64,000 nt of DNA from Hypanus sabinus (lineage: Eukaryota), in NCBI RefSeq assembly GCF_030144855.1, contig NC_082721.1:23064001-23128000 (forward strand). Reading direction: 5' to 3'. Position numbers and translations under genes: made by a program. The notes beneath the pieces are model-generated. The model searched no databases. It was given only the letters and a program-made list of their open reading frames with translations, and was not told where the DNA came from. Below, piece by piece: positions 1 through 13,793 of the stretch. Position 1 is the first letter of the stretch. Each line of letters opens with the position of its first letter.

Positions 1-920
1 TGTCTTGAGGTTAGCATGTATTGAGAGTTTGACTCGGATCTGTAGGAAAGGGTCTTTCTTGCTGCCAGCCAAGTGAGGTCTTCATGCATGTTGATGAATT
101 ATGGCAATGAGACATTCTGCAAAATGGCTTTGACAGTCTGCATTGGAAACCATCCTGTAGGATCTATCATGTTCTTCTCCAATAGGGTCTGCTGAATGTT
201 TCATACTGACCATGGCCTGATGGTCTTGTGATCAAAGGTGTTTTTCTATAGAGATTTTTCTACGTAGTTATTGTGACAAGGATAAATGAATGGAACTTTG
301 AACAAACACAAGGCTAGCATTAAGAGTGGATAGTTTGTGTATATTGGTTCTACACATCGCTGGATATAACCATCACACCCCCCACCCCCACACCACTTCT
401 CTGACATGTGATATATCCATTGCAATTCCATGGACATGTTCCAACCTGGATCTCTAGATGAAACAAGATGGCATGGGGTGACTGTTGCAACATGACATCA
501 GGTATCGGCCACACCTGCACCACATACAGCAATGCCAAGAATACTTCCCACCTTATTACTGAATTCTTAGACACCATTAAGAGAGAGAGTACTGCTGCTA
601 TAGTCTTAGTCTTGTTTAACCTAGCTATTTTCTTCAGCCCATTCCTGTTGCACATCCCGGCTCTCCAGACCTTCACTAGATCGGACTTAATGATGAAAAA
701 AGCAAAGGATCAATCAGGCCAGTTGCTAAAGAACATGTTCTCGCTCTAAATGTGGCAACTCAAACTGATCACAGATGCTTATCAATTAACTGGCCAACTG
801 TAGATTTGTGCAGAAACATACCACCCATGTACAGGGAGGCTTTGATCTGAGTGCTCCTATTGTCTGGCATCCGTCCAGATGGATTTGACAAAAGATTCTA
901 TGCAATGCATAAACAAAACA

Positions 921-1021
921 GAGTCCTGATGAAAGGTCTCTGTCTGAAACATTGACTGTTTACTCTTTTCCGTCAATGCTGCCTGGCCTGCTGAGTTCCT
1001 CCAGCATTTGTGTGTGTTGCT
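921..1021 (+). repeat. Short Penelope-derived terminal-repeat unit with a degenerate hammerhead ribozyme motif
   Basis: agtc-CTGATGA-aaggtctctgtct-GAAAC-att-gact is followed by the shared ...gcctggcctgctgagttcctccagcatttgtgtgtgttgc tail. Confidence 0.8.
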
Positions 1022-4000
1022 ACATAAGAGTGGGTAACCTTGCTTGACTCCAGCTTCTGGGAATGCTTCTGCTTTCCAACCATTAGTTTGTAAAACAGTT
1101 ACTACCTTGTAGTCTTGTGATTTGTTCATCCTATAATTCAATCCAAACTTGTGGATAGAGGTTTGGATAGCTTTTATTACACTGTTTCAATGTCGTGACA
1201 GATGAAGTAAAGCAATGTGATGGTGCATCAAAAAACTGGGATCCTGCAATTTATACTTTCAAGACCCATGCCTAGTCAATTAATTTGCTGCATAATTAAA
1301 CCACACAAATAAGGCGATCTCTAGTATAATATTTGATCTATTTTTAACTGATCTTGTTCTACTGCTATTGGATAAGAAATGGTAAATTCTCTTGGGTAAT
1401 CAGTGGCCACTTTGTGTACTATCTCTTGTGAGTAAACAATTTAAGAAATATTGCAGCCAGTGACCAATGTATCCCCTAAATATTTCTGGGATTTACATGC
1501 TGTGAAAAAGTCTTAAGTATTGCACTGTACTGCAAGAGCAAAAGAACAACAAATTTCATAACGAGTGATACATATGATTCTGATTATGGGTCTTTATTGA
1601 CTGAGAGTGGGAAGGAGGGCAAGGAGAGGGAATTCATGGTTGGGAAAAGGGGAAAGGAGAGGGGAGAGAGCAGGAAGCACCAGAAGACATTCTGGAATGA
1701 TCAATAAAGCAATTGTTTGGAGTCAAATGATGTCCGGTATTTCAGGGTTGGGTGTGTCTGCACCCACGTCACCCCCCCCCCCCCCAATCGCCCGCCCTGG
1801 CACTCCTTCTCTGCTACATTCACCCTCACCTTTTCCAACATCCTTTTCTCCTGCCAGATTTACAAACTCGTTCTCTGCTCCATGTTGACAAATACAGTCT
1901 TGGACACCCTAGTATATTTATGTAGACTTTTGCACAGTACTGTATATTTCAGGAGGAGCAGAAAACAAGAGATCTAGTTCTGTCTCGATGTAATATGGTG
2001 GATTGTGGCTGACTTTTCACTTCTTGCTTCACCTTACAAAGAGCTTCCTGTAGGGATGGGGTAGTATTGAGTTACTACATTTTTACCGATGTAGGATGCC
2101 CATTGAGAGTGTTTTGGTGTGATTTTAATATAACCAGAGCTCAGTGATTCACTCATGTAACAGTCAGGCACCCAAAAGTAGATAAATAGCCTTATGTTAC
2201 CAGACAATGCAGGAAACGAGGAAAATTTGGCAAAGGGCTGTAGTGCTTCTGGAAAAATTTGTTAAAGGTCAAGGGCTGCAGTGTTTCTGGAAAGCTGCAA
2301 CAAATGCTTTTCTGTTCATTTTCAAGCGATAACAATGAAGTACAGTTTATTAATTTGTAATCAGCTCTTCAGATTATCAAGTAATTGTATTTTGGGATCT
2401 GACTTAGTGCTTTATTATCATTGAGCAAAAATAAATAAAATTAAGCAAACTATCAGCAGACTGTAAATCATGTTGAAATCTGATACCATATTATTCACAC
2501 AAAAAAGGTTTTGTAATAACATCTAATTACCCCAGCAAAAATACTTGAACTTTTTTTGGAAAGGGATTTTCTCTAGAGCTGTACCTTTTTTATCTCTTCA
2601 GTTTTGTTTGCTTCTGAAGTGAGAGAGTTCAAAAGCACTATTTTAGTGTTTTGTCAATCTCACTCTGGATACTTAAGATTTGTATCAAAGAAGGCATATC
2701 TATGCTCAGAAGAAAAAACTAAATGTGCTGTACTTTCACTCTTGTCCTTGCATTCCTTTTTCCAACCAATATTCCAATATGTTCACTGAATTCATTTTCC
2801 CAAGATAGACTGCAGAAATTATGTAGTAACTGTCCTGTTTCTGTATCTGTCGTGGCTAACTTCTATTGTTTGAGAGATAAAATTTGTAGTTTCTTGAGAG
2901 TTAACCTTTGTAATGCACAAAAGTCTTTTTGAAATAAACACTTCAAGACAATAGCCTGATCAAACCAATATGACACTGTTGATGCATTGACCTTTCAAGA
3001 GAAAGGGTGGTTTGGTGAAGTGGTGAGGTAATTGTTTATCATCCTTTTAAATAGCTAGTTATATACAAGGGACTGGTTTACCCTCCATAGTTTTTTAAAT
3101 TGTCTGTTCCTACTTGTTGCCCCTGCCTGCTCACCAGCCCAATCTCCTGCCTTAATTTCAAGATAGTTCTTATTGTTGTGCTTTTCTAACTAATTCTTTG
3201 TTTTTTGCTGGCCAAGCAATTTAACCTGCTTAATTTACTTTAATATGATTTAAATAACTTTTATTGTTGCTGAGTATTTTTTGTAATTTTAAAAATATGT
3301 TTTTTTTAAAGTTTTGTCATTTTCTGTTGGAATCCAAATATTTTCATTAGCTTCTGGACCATTGTAACTAAAATTACAAGCCTGCACTCCTTAAAGCCAT
3401 CTTTAGGTCAGAAATGTTAGGTTGCCCTCAGAAACTAGAATTCTGCTTTTAAATCAAATGTTCAGCACACTGTGCTGCAACTAGTTTTAGTCAGTGTGCC
3501 CTTAAGCTGACAAGTTCTCACTATTTTCTTGAGTGGAAAGATGGGGATCTAGGAAAAGGGTCAAATAAGGGATTATCAATTCATCTCAGGAGGAAAGCAA
3601 TTCAGTTGCCTGTCTTTACTATTCTGAGTTCTATTGACCGTGTTAGAGAGGAGCTAGGAAACAAGTCCAACTTGGTTACCCAGTTATAAAAACATTTAAC
3701 ATTAATCTAAGTCAGTATATATGCAAAATCATCACAGCAACTTGAATATATCATTGCATGGATGTTTTTTAGTTATCCAGGGCAGACAAAAGACTTGAAA
3801 GATATCAAGAATAATTACAAGGGGGATTTAGCTTGCATCAAAAATATTGAGACTACTGCACTTACACATTTTGACAAATTTTTAATGAGAGTTATAGCAA
3901 AAGAACGTAAAACTGCTGTTTTTATTTAAGACATGGAAATCCTGATCTTTTGACTTTGATATTAAAAATCTGATTTTATATTTTTTCCCCTTCTTGCAGT

Positions 4001-4029
4001 ATCCTAAGTTTGGCCTTGGCCTGGAATAA

Positions 4030-4053
4030 ATGGCAGACAATGTCATCAACTAA
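4030..4053 (+). promoter_or_regulatory. Out-of-frame uORF (MADNVIN*) overlapping the GNG7 start codon
   Basis: ATG at 4030 (+4 G) lies 10 nt upstream of the main ATG at 4040 in the same exon. Its TAA at 4051-4053 falls inside the CDS. Confidence 0.55.
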
Positions 4054-4120
4054 CAACATAGCACAAGCACGGAAACTGGTAGAACAGCTGAGGATTGAGG
4101 CAGGCATTGAGAGAATCAAG
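4040..4120 (+). CDS. GNG7: G protein gamma subunit 7, first coding exon ([27 protein letters not shown])
   Basis: Manual translation matches the vertebrate GNG7 N-terminus (human [27 protein letters not shown]). The acceptor ttttttccccttcttgcag ends at 3999, so the exon starts at 4000. A phase-0 donor AAG|GTGAG follows at 4120/4121. Confidence 0.95.
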
Positions 4121-5055
4121 GTGAGATGGTTTAAAAAAATGTAAAATTTGAATGGGCTTGTTTGGGCAATTGCATGTTTTAAAAACACAGTGAAACCAGT
4201 TATAGAGTAGAAGTTGCTCAGGTTCATTATTTCCCTCAAAGGGTAATTTCTCACTTATTTCTATTTGCTTATTTTGTAAAGTGGGTGTTATGCATGGAGT
4301 TGTACAGCGAAGGACAGGCAACAAACTGACAGTTGAATATAGCAGAACTCAACACATTAAAAGTCTTATAATGCAAGATCTCATTGTTCAGCAATCCAAA
4401 TGATTCTGCATTTGCAGAATATTTCCTGCACAACATTTAAACATACTGGCATCCTATTTTGCATGTCCCTTTTAAATTCACCTGGGCCTCTTTCCTGTGA
4501 TCTCTTTAACCTTCAGTACAAGTTTCCCATATTCCCTCTGAGCTCACTTGGTTCACTGCAAATTCAGTCTACTTCTGTGTAACATCATTTTTTTTAAAAA
4601 GCTCTAAAAGTTCATTGATATATTAATAAAAATAATATGCAATCGTCTGTAAAAATCAGCAAGTCCAATACCAGGAAAGTACCCAGACTAACTAGTTATC
4701 AGAATTGTACTGTATATTTAAAAAATGGGAAATACTCAACAGATTGGGCAACATCTGGAAAGAGAAACACAGGTCAGAATGTCTGGTCCAGCAAAAGGAA
4801 ATAGTTTTCTCTTGCCACAGATGCCATTTGACCACCTACACATTTCTAGCATTTTCCATTATACATTTCTAGTATTTTGTTTACAGGGCTCAATTTTGCC
4901 CTTTTGTATATATATAGTCCTTTCTCGAAAAATCATTTAATTAGTAATTGAGAGTGATTGAAGATTAATTTTAAACATTATTGAGAGCCCATGGTATTAT
5001 CATGTTTAAGTTTGACAATTATTATGCACATGGATGTCATGTTACTTCCCTTCAT

Positions 5056-5460
5056 TATTCAAAGGATCAAAGGTCAAGTTTAATGTCAGAAAAATGTATA
5101 CAATATACATCCTGAAATGCTTTTTCTTCACATAACATCCACAAAAACAGAGAAGTGCCCCAAAGAATGAACGACAGTTAAATGTGAGAACCCCAAAGTC
5201 CCCCCAGCTCCCTCCTCCCGCACATAAGCGGTAGTGAGCAACGATCCCCCTCCCCCACCCGCAAAAATAAATGTGCATCGGTACAATTACTGAGCCCAAG
5301 CATGAGCTAAGCAACAGCAAAGACATAGACCAGAGTTACCCCAAAAGCTTCGCATTTCATCCGAAATTTGACAACCCACAACAGGTTCTCTCTCTCCCTG
5401 GCAAAGGAGAGGGAGGTGCCCCCGTTTTCACAGTGAGCGGAGACATAACAATCTTAAAAG
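5056..5460 (-). repeat. 3' end of a non-LTR retroelement (LINE/SINE remnant)
   Basis: Begins with a ttcaaag-type tail in reverse orientation, as do similar ends at 48240 and 61355. No coding motif was seen. Confidence 0.4.
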
Positions 5461-5621
5461 TCTTTACAATGTTGAAAGTCTGTTTCGTCGCTTTTTTTGT
5501 TGCTTTTTCACCCAATTCTTTGGTAATTTCACAGATTGACTAATCTCTGGTTCAGAAATAATAACTTGGTTATTTCTCAAGAAGCCGGTAGCAGCACTTA
5601 TTAAGTGCAGGCTCAAATGTA

Positions 5622-8461
5622 CAGTTACAAGAAAAGGTTTGTGAATCCCTTGCAATTACCTGGTTTTCTGTATTAATTACTCATAAAATGAGGTCTGATC
5701 TTCATATAAGTCACAATAATAGACAAACACAATCTGCCAAAACTAATAACACACAAACAATAATACTTTTCATGTCTTTATTAAACATGTTGTTTAATCA
5801 TTCACAGTCCAGGTTGGAAAAAGTATGTGAACCCTTTTATTTAATAACTGGTAGAACCTCCTCTAGCAGCAATAACCTCCACAAAACATTTCCTGTAGCT
5901 GATGATCGGATTTGCACAATGGTGAGGAGGAATCTTAGACCATTCTTAAAGACAAAAACTGTTGCAGTTCATCAATATTTTTGGGACATCTTGCATAAAC
6001 AGCCCTCTTCAGGTCATGCCACAGCATCTCAGTTGAGTTAAGATCTGGACTCAACTTAGTCATTCCAAAACACAAATTTTCTTCTTTTCAAACCTTGTCT
6101 TGTGGGATCATCCAACTTATATTAAGTGTCAGGTGACAGACTGCTACCCTGATAGTCTGCTGTAAAATGTCTTGATACAATTTTGAATTCATTGTTCCCT
6201 CAATGATTGCAACTGTCCAGACCCTGAGGCAGCAAAGCAGCCCCAAACCATGATGCTCCTTCCACTGTGCTTCACGGTTGGGATGAAGTTTAGATTTTGG
6301 TGTGCATCATCCTTTTCCCTCCAAACATAGCGGTATGCACTTCTGCCAAAAAGTTCAACTTTTGTCTCATCTGTCCATAGAACATTGTCCCACAGGTGTC
6401 ATGGAACATCCAGGTGGTCTTTTGCAAACTTGAGATGTGTAGCAATGTTGTTTTTTTCTGGAGAGCAGTGGTTTCCTCCATGGTGTCCTTCCATGAACAC
6501 CATTCTTATTCAATTGGAGTTTTTTGAGGGTGTAACAAGGATGTTAGACGAGGGTAAGCCAGTGGATGTTGTGTACCTAGATTTTCAGAAGGCATTCGAT
6601 AAGGTGCCACATAGGAGATTGGTGAGTAAAATCAGAGCTCATGGCATTGGGGGCAGGGTTTCAACATGGATAGAAAACTGGTTGGCAGATAGAAAGCAAA
6701 GGGTAGCAGTGAATGGGTGTTTCTCGGACTGGCTGGAGGTGACTAGTGGGGTACCACAGGGCTCTGTATTGGGACCACAGCTCTTTATGATTTATGTTAA
6801 TGATTTAGATGAGGGCATTGAAAACAATATCTGCAAGTTTGCTGACGATACTAAACTGGGTGGCAGTGTGACATACGAAGAGGACGTTAGGAGAATACAG
6901 GGAGACTTGGATAGGCTGGGTGAGTGGGCAGATACTTGGCAGATGTCATTCAATGTGAATAAATGTGAAGTTATTCACTTTGGAAGCAGGAACAAGAGGG
7001 CAGAGTATTGTCTGAACGGTGTAGAGTTAGGTAAGGGAGAAATGCAAAGAGACCTAGGAGTCCTAGTTCACCAGTCAATGGAGGTAAATGAGCAAGTGCA
7101 GCAGGCAGTGAAGAGGGCAAATGGAATGTTGGCCTTTGTTACAAGGAGAATTGAGTACAAGAGCAAGGATGTCCTTTTGCATTTGTACAGGGCCCTGGTG
7201 AGACCACACCTGGAATATTGTGTACAGTTTTGGTCTCCAGGTTTAAGGAAGGACATTCTGGCAATTGAGGAAGTGCAGCGTAGATTCACTCGGTTGATTC
7301 CTGGGATGGCAGGGCTGTCTTACGCAGAGAGATTGGAGAGATTGGGCTTGAACACGCTGGAATTGAGGAGATTGAGAGGGGATCTGATTGAAACGTTTAA
7401 GATAATTAAAGGATTTGATAGGATTGAGGCAGGAAATATGTTCCAGATGTTGGGAGAGTCCAGTACCAGAGGGCATGGATTGAGAATAAGAGGTCAGTTA
7501 TTTAAAACAGAGTTGAGGAAGAGCTTCTTCTCCCAGAGAGTTGTGGAGGTGTGGAATGCACTGCCTCGGAAGACGGTGGAGGCCAATTCTCTGGATGCTT
7601 TCAAGAAGGAGCTAGATAGATATCTGATGGATAGGGGAATCAAGGGATATGGGGACAAGGCAGGGACTGGGTATTGATAGTGAATGATCAGCCATGATCT
7701 CAGAATGGCAGTGCAGACTCGAGGGGCCGAATGGTCTACTTCTGCACCTATTGTCTATTGTCTATAATATTTTTCTCATAGTGGACACATGAATAGAGAC
7801 TTTAGCAAGTTCTAGAGATTTCTGCAGGTTTTTTGCTATTATCCTTGGGTTCTTCCTCACCTCCTTCAGCAAAGCACTTTGTGCTTTTGGTGTAATCTTT
7901 GCAGGATACACCATTCAAGGGAAAACAGTAACAGTACCAAATTTCCTCCATTTGTGGACAATTTCTCTTACTGAGAACCTATGAACACTCGTGTCTTCAG
8001 AAATGCTTTTGTAACCTTTTCCAGCTTCATGTGTCTCTACAATTCTTCTTCCAACATCTCTGAAAGTTTTGGTTGAGGCATGGTGCACATAAATAGATCT
8101 TTCTTGAGAAGAGCAGGCTCTATCAGGAACCTGACCTTGTGTGTCTTTTTATAGGGCAGGGCACTTGGACAACCCACACCTCCAATCTCATCTTATTGAT
8201 TGGAACACTGGACTCCGAATACCTTTTGAAGAAGGCATTACCCCAAAGATTCTCATACTTTTTTGAACATAGACTGTAATTGTTTAAATGGTGTACTCAG
8301 TATTGATGAGAAGTAGTACAATTGTTAAGTGTGTTATTAGTTTAGGCAGATTGTGTTTTTCTATTATTGTGATGTACATGAAGATCAGACCACATTTTAT
8401 GAGCAATGAATGCAGAAAACCAGGTAATTGCAAAGGGTTCACAAACTCTCTCTTGTAACTA
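5622..8461 (-). mobile_element. Tc1-like DNA transposon (decayed transposase), interrupted by a CR1 insertion at about 6514-7765
   Basis: Long terminal inverted repeats: TA|CAGTTACAAGAAAAGGTTTGTGAATCCCTTGCAATTACCTGG at the left end and CCAGGTAATTGCAAAGGGTTCACAAACTCTCTCTTGTAACT at the right. Minus-strand transposase motifs are WTDETK-like and TVKHSGRSIMVWGCF. Confidence 0.9.
6514..7765 (+). mobile_element. Young 5'-truncated CR1 LINE (ORF2 RT C-terminal part open to the stop at 7677)
   Basis: RT motifs YLDFQKAFDKVPH, GVPQGSVLGP and FADDTK, plus the CR1 C-terminal RGH/FFSQRVV..WN.LP. The 3' UTR ends in a (CTATTGT)n tail. Confidence 0.95.
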
Positions 8462-8644
8462 TGTATTAAATATCTGTTATTTGCATTCTTTTCTTCCAGA
8501 ATTTTTATTGCACATTAGCTGAGGAGATTTGCATTCCCTTTTATGATTGCAAACTGAAGTCAACTTTTATGCAATTCTTTTGACACTGAATTTTGGCATC
8601 CACACACTTAAACTTTTCTGTAGGTTGATCTCCAGTGCATTTTA

Positions 8645-9279
8645 CAGTCATCCCACCCTGCAAAAACTCATTTCAGCGAGGTAGCACCCCCGCCCCCTGC
8701 AACCCCATATCCCCCTACCCCCGGTCACCCTCCAAGGGTGTATGTAATACTTTGTTTAGTGGTTTTGTCTAATCTGTAAACCAAGTTGGGTATATGCAGA
8801 AAATGTGATGTTATTTCTATTATATAATCGTGGAGTTTTTTTTAATTCTATTACAACTTTAAGCAAGTCAACAGGGAATTTGGCCTCATCACGTAGGACA
8901 TCAGTAGAGTAGCTCCTTAGCAGTTAGCCAGCTAGTTTAAATAACTTTAGCTATGCTAGTGAATGAATGACACCTGTTAAATTCATCTGAACATGTCTTT
9001 TACATTTTAACCCACCATGCGCAATAGAAAAGTCACTGTTGCAAACAGTGCAGCGAGTAACACTGTCATTATTTTTGAGGTTTACTGTAAAGCCCGCCCA
9101 CAGAGAAAACTGATAGGTCTACTTAGCATGAAGAGAGACCAATCAGGATGCTCGCTCTCGCTCTTCCTCTACCTCTCAAAAAAATCGATTTCTGGGATAT
9201 TAAATATAATTTGCGGGCATCAGTGAGCCACTATCAATATGCAGGAGACTCCCGGAACTGCCGGGAGAGGTGGATGTCT
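8645..9279. mobile_element. Non-autonomous hAT-like DNA transposon
   Basis: Imperfect short TIRs CAGTCATCCCACC / GGTGGATGTCT. A duplicated CATTTTA flanks the element (8638-8644 and 9280-9286), consistent with a decayed 8-bp TSD. Confidence 0.6.
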
Positions 9280-9479
9280 CATTTTACATGTTTCAAAGAC
9301 TCAGTGTCAGCAAGCACTGAGAATCAGAGCAGGTGGATAGGATAGTAGCTGGATTGGATAGGTTGGTTGGTCACATGGGTGTAATTGGTTGACACTGGCT
9401 GTTGGCCTGGAAGGGTGTGTTACCATGCTGTATCTCTCAATTAACTGCAGATATATAGATAGATACACAGAACCTCACA

Positions 9480-9945
9480 AGGTATCTTGTCTTGGCCTTG
9501 CACCTTAATTCCACAAGCCTGACTATCTGGGTAGGTACATTGCTCCTCTCCCACTGAACTAGTGTCTACACATCTCTACTCCATTCTATCCCCCTTGGTT
9601 CAGTCCCTTCCCACTTACATTCATGACACTTCACATGCTCTTAATCTCCTCAACAACTTTCAATTCCCTGACCACCTAATTTTCACAATAGATGTCCAGT
9701 CCCTCTACACTTCTATTCTCCATCATAAAGGCCTTAAAGCTCACTGCTTCTTCCTCCTCCACTATCACCCTCCTCTGTCTGGCAGAACTGGTTCCAACCC
9801 TCTACAATTTCTCCTTTGGCTCTTCCCATTTTCCACAGGCTTGAGGGTTAGCCATGGGCCTTTCCGTTGGCTAAGCAGAACAATCCATATTCCAAGCTAG
9901 ATTAACAGCTGCATTGGGCCCCTGTGCTGAGCTCATCAATTTCAT
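9480..9945 (+). mobile_element. Penelope-like element, RT fragment (5' part, split by a CR1 insertion)
   Basis: Translation LVQSLPTYIHDTSHAL...IFTIDVQSLYTSI matches PLE RT motif A. The sequence resumes at 13794 after the CR1. Confidence 0.85.
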
Positions 9946-12900
9946 AGTTGATCAAGGAATAGCTGTGCAGGTGCGTGGATGTCAGCAAGTTGGACCTGCA
10001 GGAAGATTTTAAAAAGAAGACAGCTTTATAGAGCGGGTGTGGGAGGAGTGGGTGATGTAGTAGAGGGAGTCAGAATAAGAGGGCTTTGGCTCAACAAGGT
10101 TTCAGCGATAACGGGTCGAGGTGAGGTAAGTTACTTGTGAAGTATAGGAAGCATGTCTGTGAGGCCGGTGTTCTGTGCTGGGTGTCAGATGTGGGATGTC
10201 CGGGAGACTCCTGGCCTTGCAAACGGCCATATTTGCGCAAGGTGCATTGAGCTGCAGCTCCTACGGGACCGTATTAGGGAATTGGAGATGTAGCACGACG
10301 ACCTTCGTCTGGTCAGGGAAAGTGAGGAGGTGATGGAGAGGAGCTGTAGGCAAGTAATCACACCGGTGCCTCGGGAGACATTTAAGTGGGTAACAGTCAG
10401 GAGAAGGAAGGGCAAGAGTCAGATGCTAGCGAGTACCCCTGTGGCTGTCCCCCTTAACAATAAGTATTCCTGTTTGGGGGAAGCAATAGTGGCCACGTCT
10501 CTGTTACAGAGTAACAGAGAGCCTGGGGCTCAGAAGAGTAGGGAAAGGAAGAGGATGGCAGCAGTGACAGGGGATTCTATAGGTAGGGGGGTCAGACAGG
10601 TGATTCTGTGGACACAGGAAAGAAACATGGATGGTAGTTTGCCTCCCAGGTGCCAGGGTCCGGGATGTTGCTGGTTGCGTCCACAATATCCTGAAGTGGG
10701 AAGGTGAACAGCCAGAGGTCATGGTACATATTGGTACCAACAACATAGGTAGGAAAAGGGAAGAGGTCCTGTAAACAGGCTACAGAGAGTTAGGAAGGAA
10801 GTTGACAAGCAGGACCTCAAAGGTAGTAATCTCTGAATTATTGCCTCTGCCACACAATAGTGAGTATAGGAATAGAGTGAGGTGGAGGATAAATGCGTGG
10901 CTGAGGGTTTGGAGCAGATGGCTGGGATTCAGATTTCTGGATCATTGGGACCTCTTTTGGGGCAGGAGTGACCTGTAGAAAAAGAACGGGTTGCACTTGA
11001 ATCCGAGAAGGATGGATATCCTGGTAGGGAGGTTTGCCAAGGCTATTGGAGACAGTTTAAACTAGAATTGCTGGGGGGGGGAGTGGGGGGGAACTGAACT
11101 GAAGAGACGGAGGAAGGGGCAGTTGGCTCACAAATCAACAGTGTGAGGAGGAGGATAGACAGGTGATAGAGAAGGGATGTGCTCAGACTGATGGTTTGAG
11201 ATGTGTCTTTTTTAATGCAAGGAGTATCATGAATAAAGTAGATGAGCTTATAGAGTGTGGATCAGTACTTGGAGCTTTGATGTTGTTGCCATTATAGAGA
11301 CTTGGATGGCTCAGGGGCAGGAATGGCTACTTAGAGTGCCAGGCTTTAGATGTTTCAGAAAGGACAGGGAAGGAAGCAAAAGAGGTGGGGATGTGGCACT
11401 GTTGATCAGAGATGGTGTCACGGCTGCAGAAAAGGAGGAAGTCATGGAGGGATTGTCTACTGAGTCTCTGTGGGTGGAAGGGGTCAATAACTCTACTGGG
11501 TGTTTTTTATAGACTGCCCAATGCAGGGACATCAAAGTGCAGATAGGGAGACAGATTCTGGGAAGGTGTAATAATAACAGAATTGTCATGGTGGGAGATT
11601 TTAATTTCCCCAATATTGATTGGCATCTCCCTAGAGCAAGTGGTTTAGATGGGGTGGTGCTTGTTAGATATGTTCAGGAAAGTTTCCTGACACAATATGT
11701 AGATAATCCTAAAAGACGAGAGGCTGTACTTGATTTGGTATTGGGAAATTAACCTGGTCAGGTGTCAGGTCTCTTAGTGGGAGAACATTTTGGAGACAGT
11801 GATCACAATTCTATCTCCTTTACCATAGCATTGGAGAGGGATAGGAACAGATAAGTTAGGAAAGTGTTTAATTGGAATAAGGGGAAATATGAAGCTATTA
11901 GGCAAGAACTTGGGAGCATAAATTGGGAACAGATATTCTCAGAGAAATGTACAGCAGAAATGTAGCAAGCGTTCAGGGGATATTTGTGTGGTGTTCTACA
12001 AAGATACGTTCCAATGAGACAGGGAAAGGATGGTGGGGTACAGGAACCATGGTGTACAAAGGCTGTTGAAAATCTAGACAAGAAGAAAAGCAAAGCTTAC
12101 GAAAGGTACAAAAACCTAGGTAATGATAGAGATCTAGAAAAATATAAGGCTAGCAGGAAGGAGCTTAAGAATGAAATTAGGAGAGCCAGAAGGGGCCATG
12201 AGAAGGTCTTGGTGAGCAGGATTAAGGAAAATCCTTGATCCTGTAAAAAGAATGTGCTGGAGCTTCTGGAAAGTATCAAGTTGGATAAGTCACTGGGACC
12301 AGACAAGATGGACCCTATGCTACTGTGGGAGGCAAGCAAGGAGATTGCTGAGCCTCTGGCAATGATCTTTGCATCATCAGTGGGGACTGGAGAGGTTCTG
12401 GAGGACTGGAGGGTTGAAACACAGGAAGTTACAGACCAATGAGTCTTACTTCACTGGTTGGTAAGTTGATGGAGAAGATCCTGAAAGGCAGGATTTATGA
12501 CCATTTGGAGAGGCATTATATATGATTAAAAGTCAGCATAGCTTTGTCAAGGGCAGGTCGTGTCTTAAGAGCCTGATTGAATTTTTTGCGGATGTGACTA
12601 AACACATTGATGAAGGTAGAGCAGTAGATATAGTGTATATGGATTTCAGCAAGGTATTTGGTAAGGTATCCCATGCAAGGCTTATTGAGAAAGTAAGGAG
12701 GCGTGGGATCCAAGGATTGCTTTGTGGATCCAGCATTGGCTTGCCCACAGAAGGCAAAGAGTGGTTGTGACCGGGTCATATTCTGTATGGATGTCCATGA
12801 CCAGTGGTATACCTCAGGGATCTGGTCTGGGACCCCCTTCTCTTCGTGATTTTTATAATTGACTTGGATGAGGAAGTGGACGAATGGGTTAGTAAATTTG

Positions 12901-13793
12901 CTGATGACAGAAAGGGTGGGGGTGTTGTGGATAGAAACATGTGGGGGGCTGTCGGAGGTTACAGCAGGACATTGATAGAAAACTGGGCTGAGAAGTGGCA
13001 GATGGAGTTCAACCCAGATAGTGTTAGGTAGTTCATTTCAGCAGGTCAAATACAATGGCAGAATATAGTGTTAATGGTAAGACTCTTGGCAGTGTGGAGG
13101 ATCAGTGGGATCTTGGGGTCCAAGTCCATAGGACACTCAGCTGCTGCACAGGCTGACTGTGTGGTTAAGAAGGCATACAGTGCATTGGCCTTCAACTGTA
13201 GGATTGAGTTCAAGAGCCGAGAGGTAAAGTATAGGACCCTGATCAGACCCCACTTGAAGTACTGTGCTCAGATCTGGTCACCTCACTACAGGAAGGATGT
13301 GGAAACTATAGAAAGGGCGCAGAGGAGATTTATAAGGATGTTGCCTGAATTGGGGAGCATGTCTTATGAGAATAGGTTTAGTGAACTTGGCCTTTTCTCA
13401 TTGGAGCAACAGAGCATGAGAGGTGACCTGATAGAGGTGTATAAGATGACAGGCATTGATCGTGGGGATGGTCAGAGGCTTTTTCCCAGGGCTGAAATAG
13501 CTAACACTAGAGGGCGCCGTTTTAAGGTGTTTGGAATTAAGTACAAAGGAGATGTCAGGGTTTTTTTTAGTTTTTTTTACAGAGAGTGGTGAGTATGTGG
13601 AATGGTCTGCCAGTGACTAGTGGAGGCGGATACAATAGGATCCTTTAAGAGGCTCCTAAATAGGTACGTGGTGCTTAGAAAAATAGAGGGCTGTGTGGGT
13701 AACCCTAGGTCATTTCGAAAGTAAGTACATGTTCAGCCCAGCATTGTGGGCAGAAGGGCTTGTATTGTGCTGTAGGTTTTCTATGTTTCTATG
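9946..13793 (+). mobile_element. Near full-length but decayed CR1 LINE (5' UTR, ORF1 Zn-finger/esterase, ORF2 APE-RT with an internal deletion near 12237)
   Basis: ORF1 from about 10153 reads MSVRPVFCAGCQMW..ICARCIELQLLRDRIRELE, followed by GDS/HIGTNN/GLHLN esterase motifs. Endonuclease motifs are NARSI, ETW, GDFNFPNIDW and SDH. RT motifs are YMDFSK and FADD. The tail is (TTTCTATG)n, and there are many stops and frameshifts. Confidence 0.92.

Noticed and set aside
1-860. Possible ancient retroelement remnant on the minus strand (also 15650-16850)
   Set aside because: The composition differs from the flanks, but no diagnostic motif could be read with confidence.
6385-7677. 430-aa ORF as a domesticated RT gene
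   Set aside because: The first 43 or so codons are antisense Tc1 sequence that happens to be in frame with a 5'-truncated CR1. The open frame reflects the youth of the insertion.
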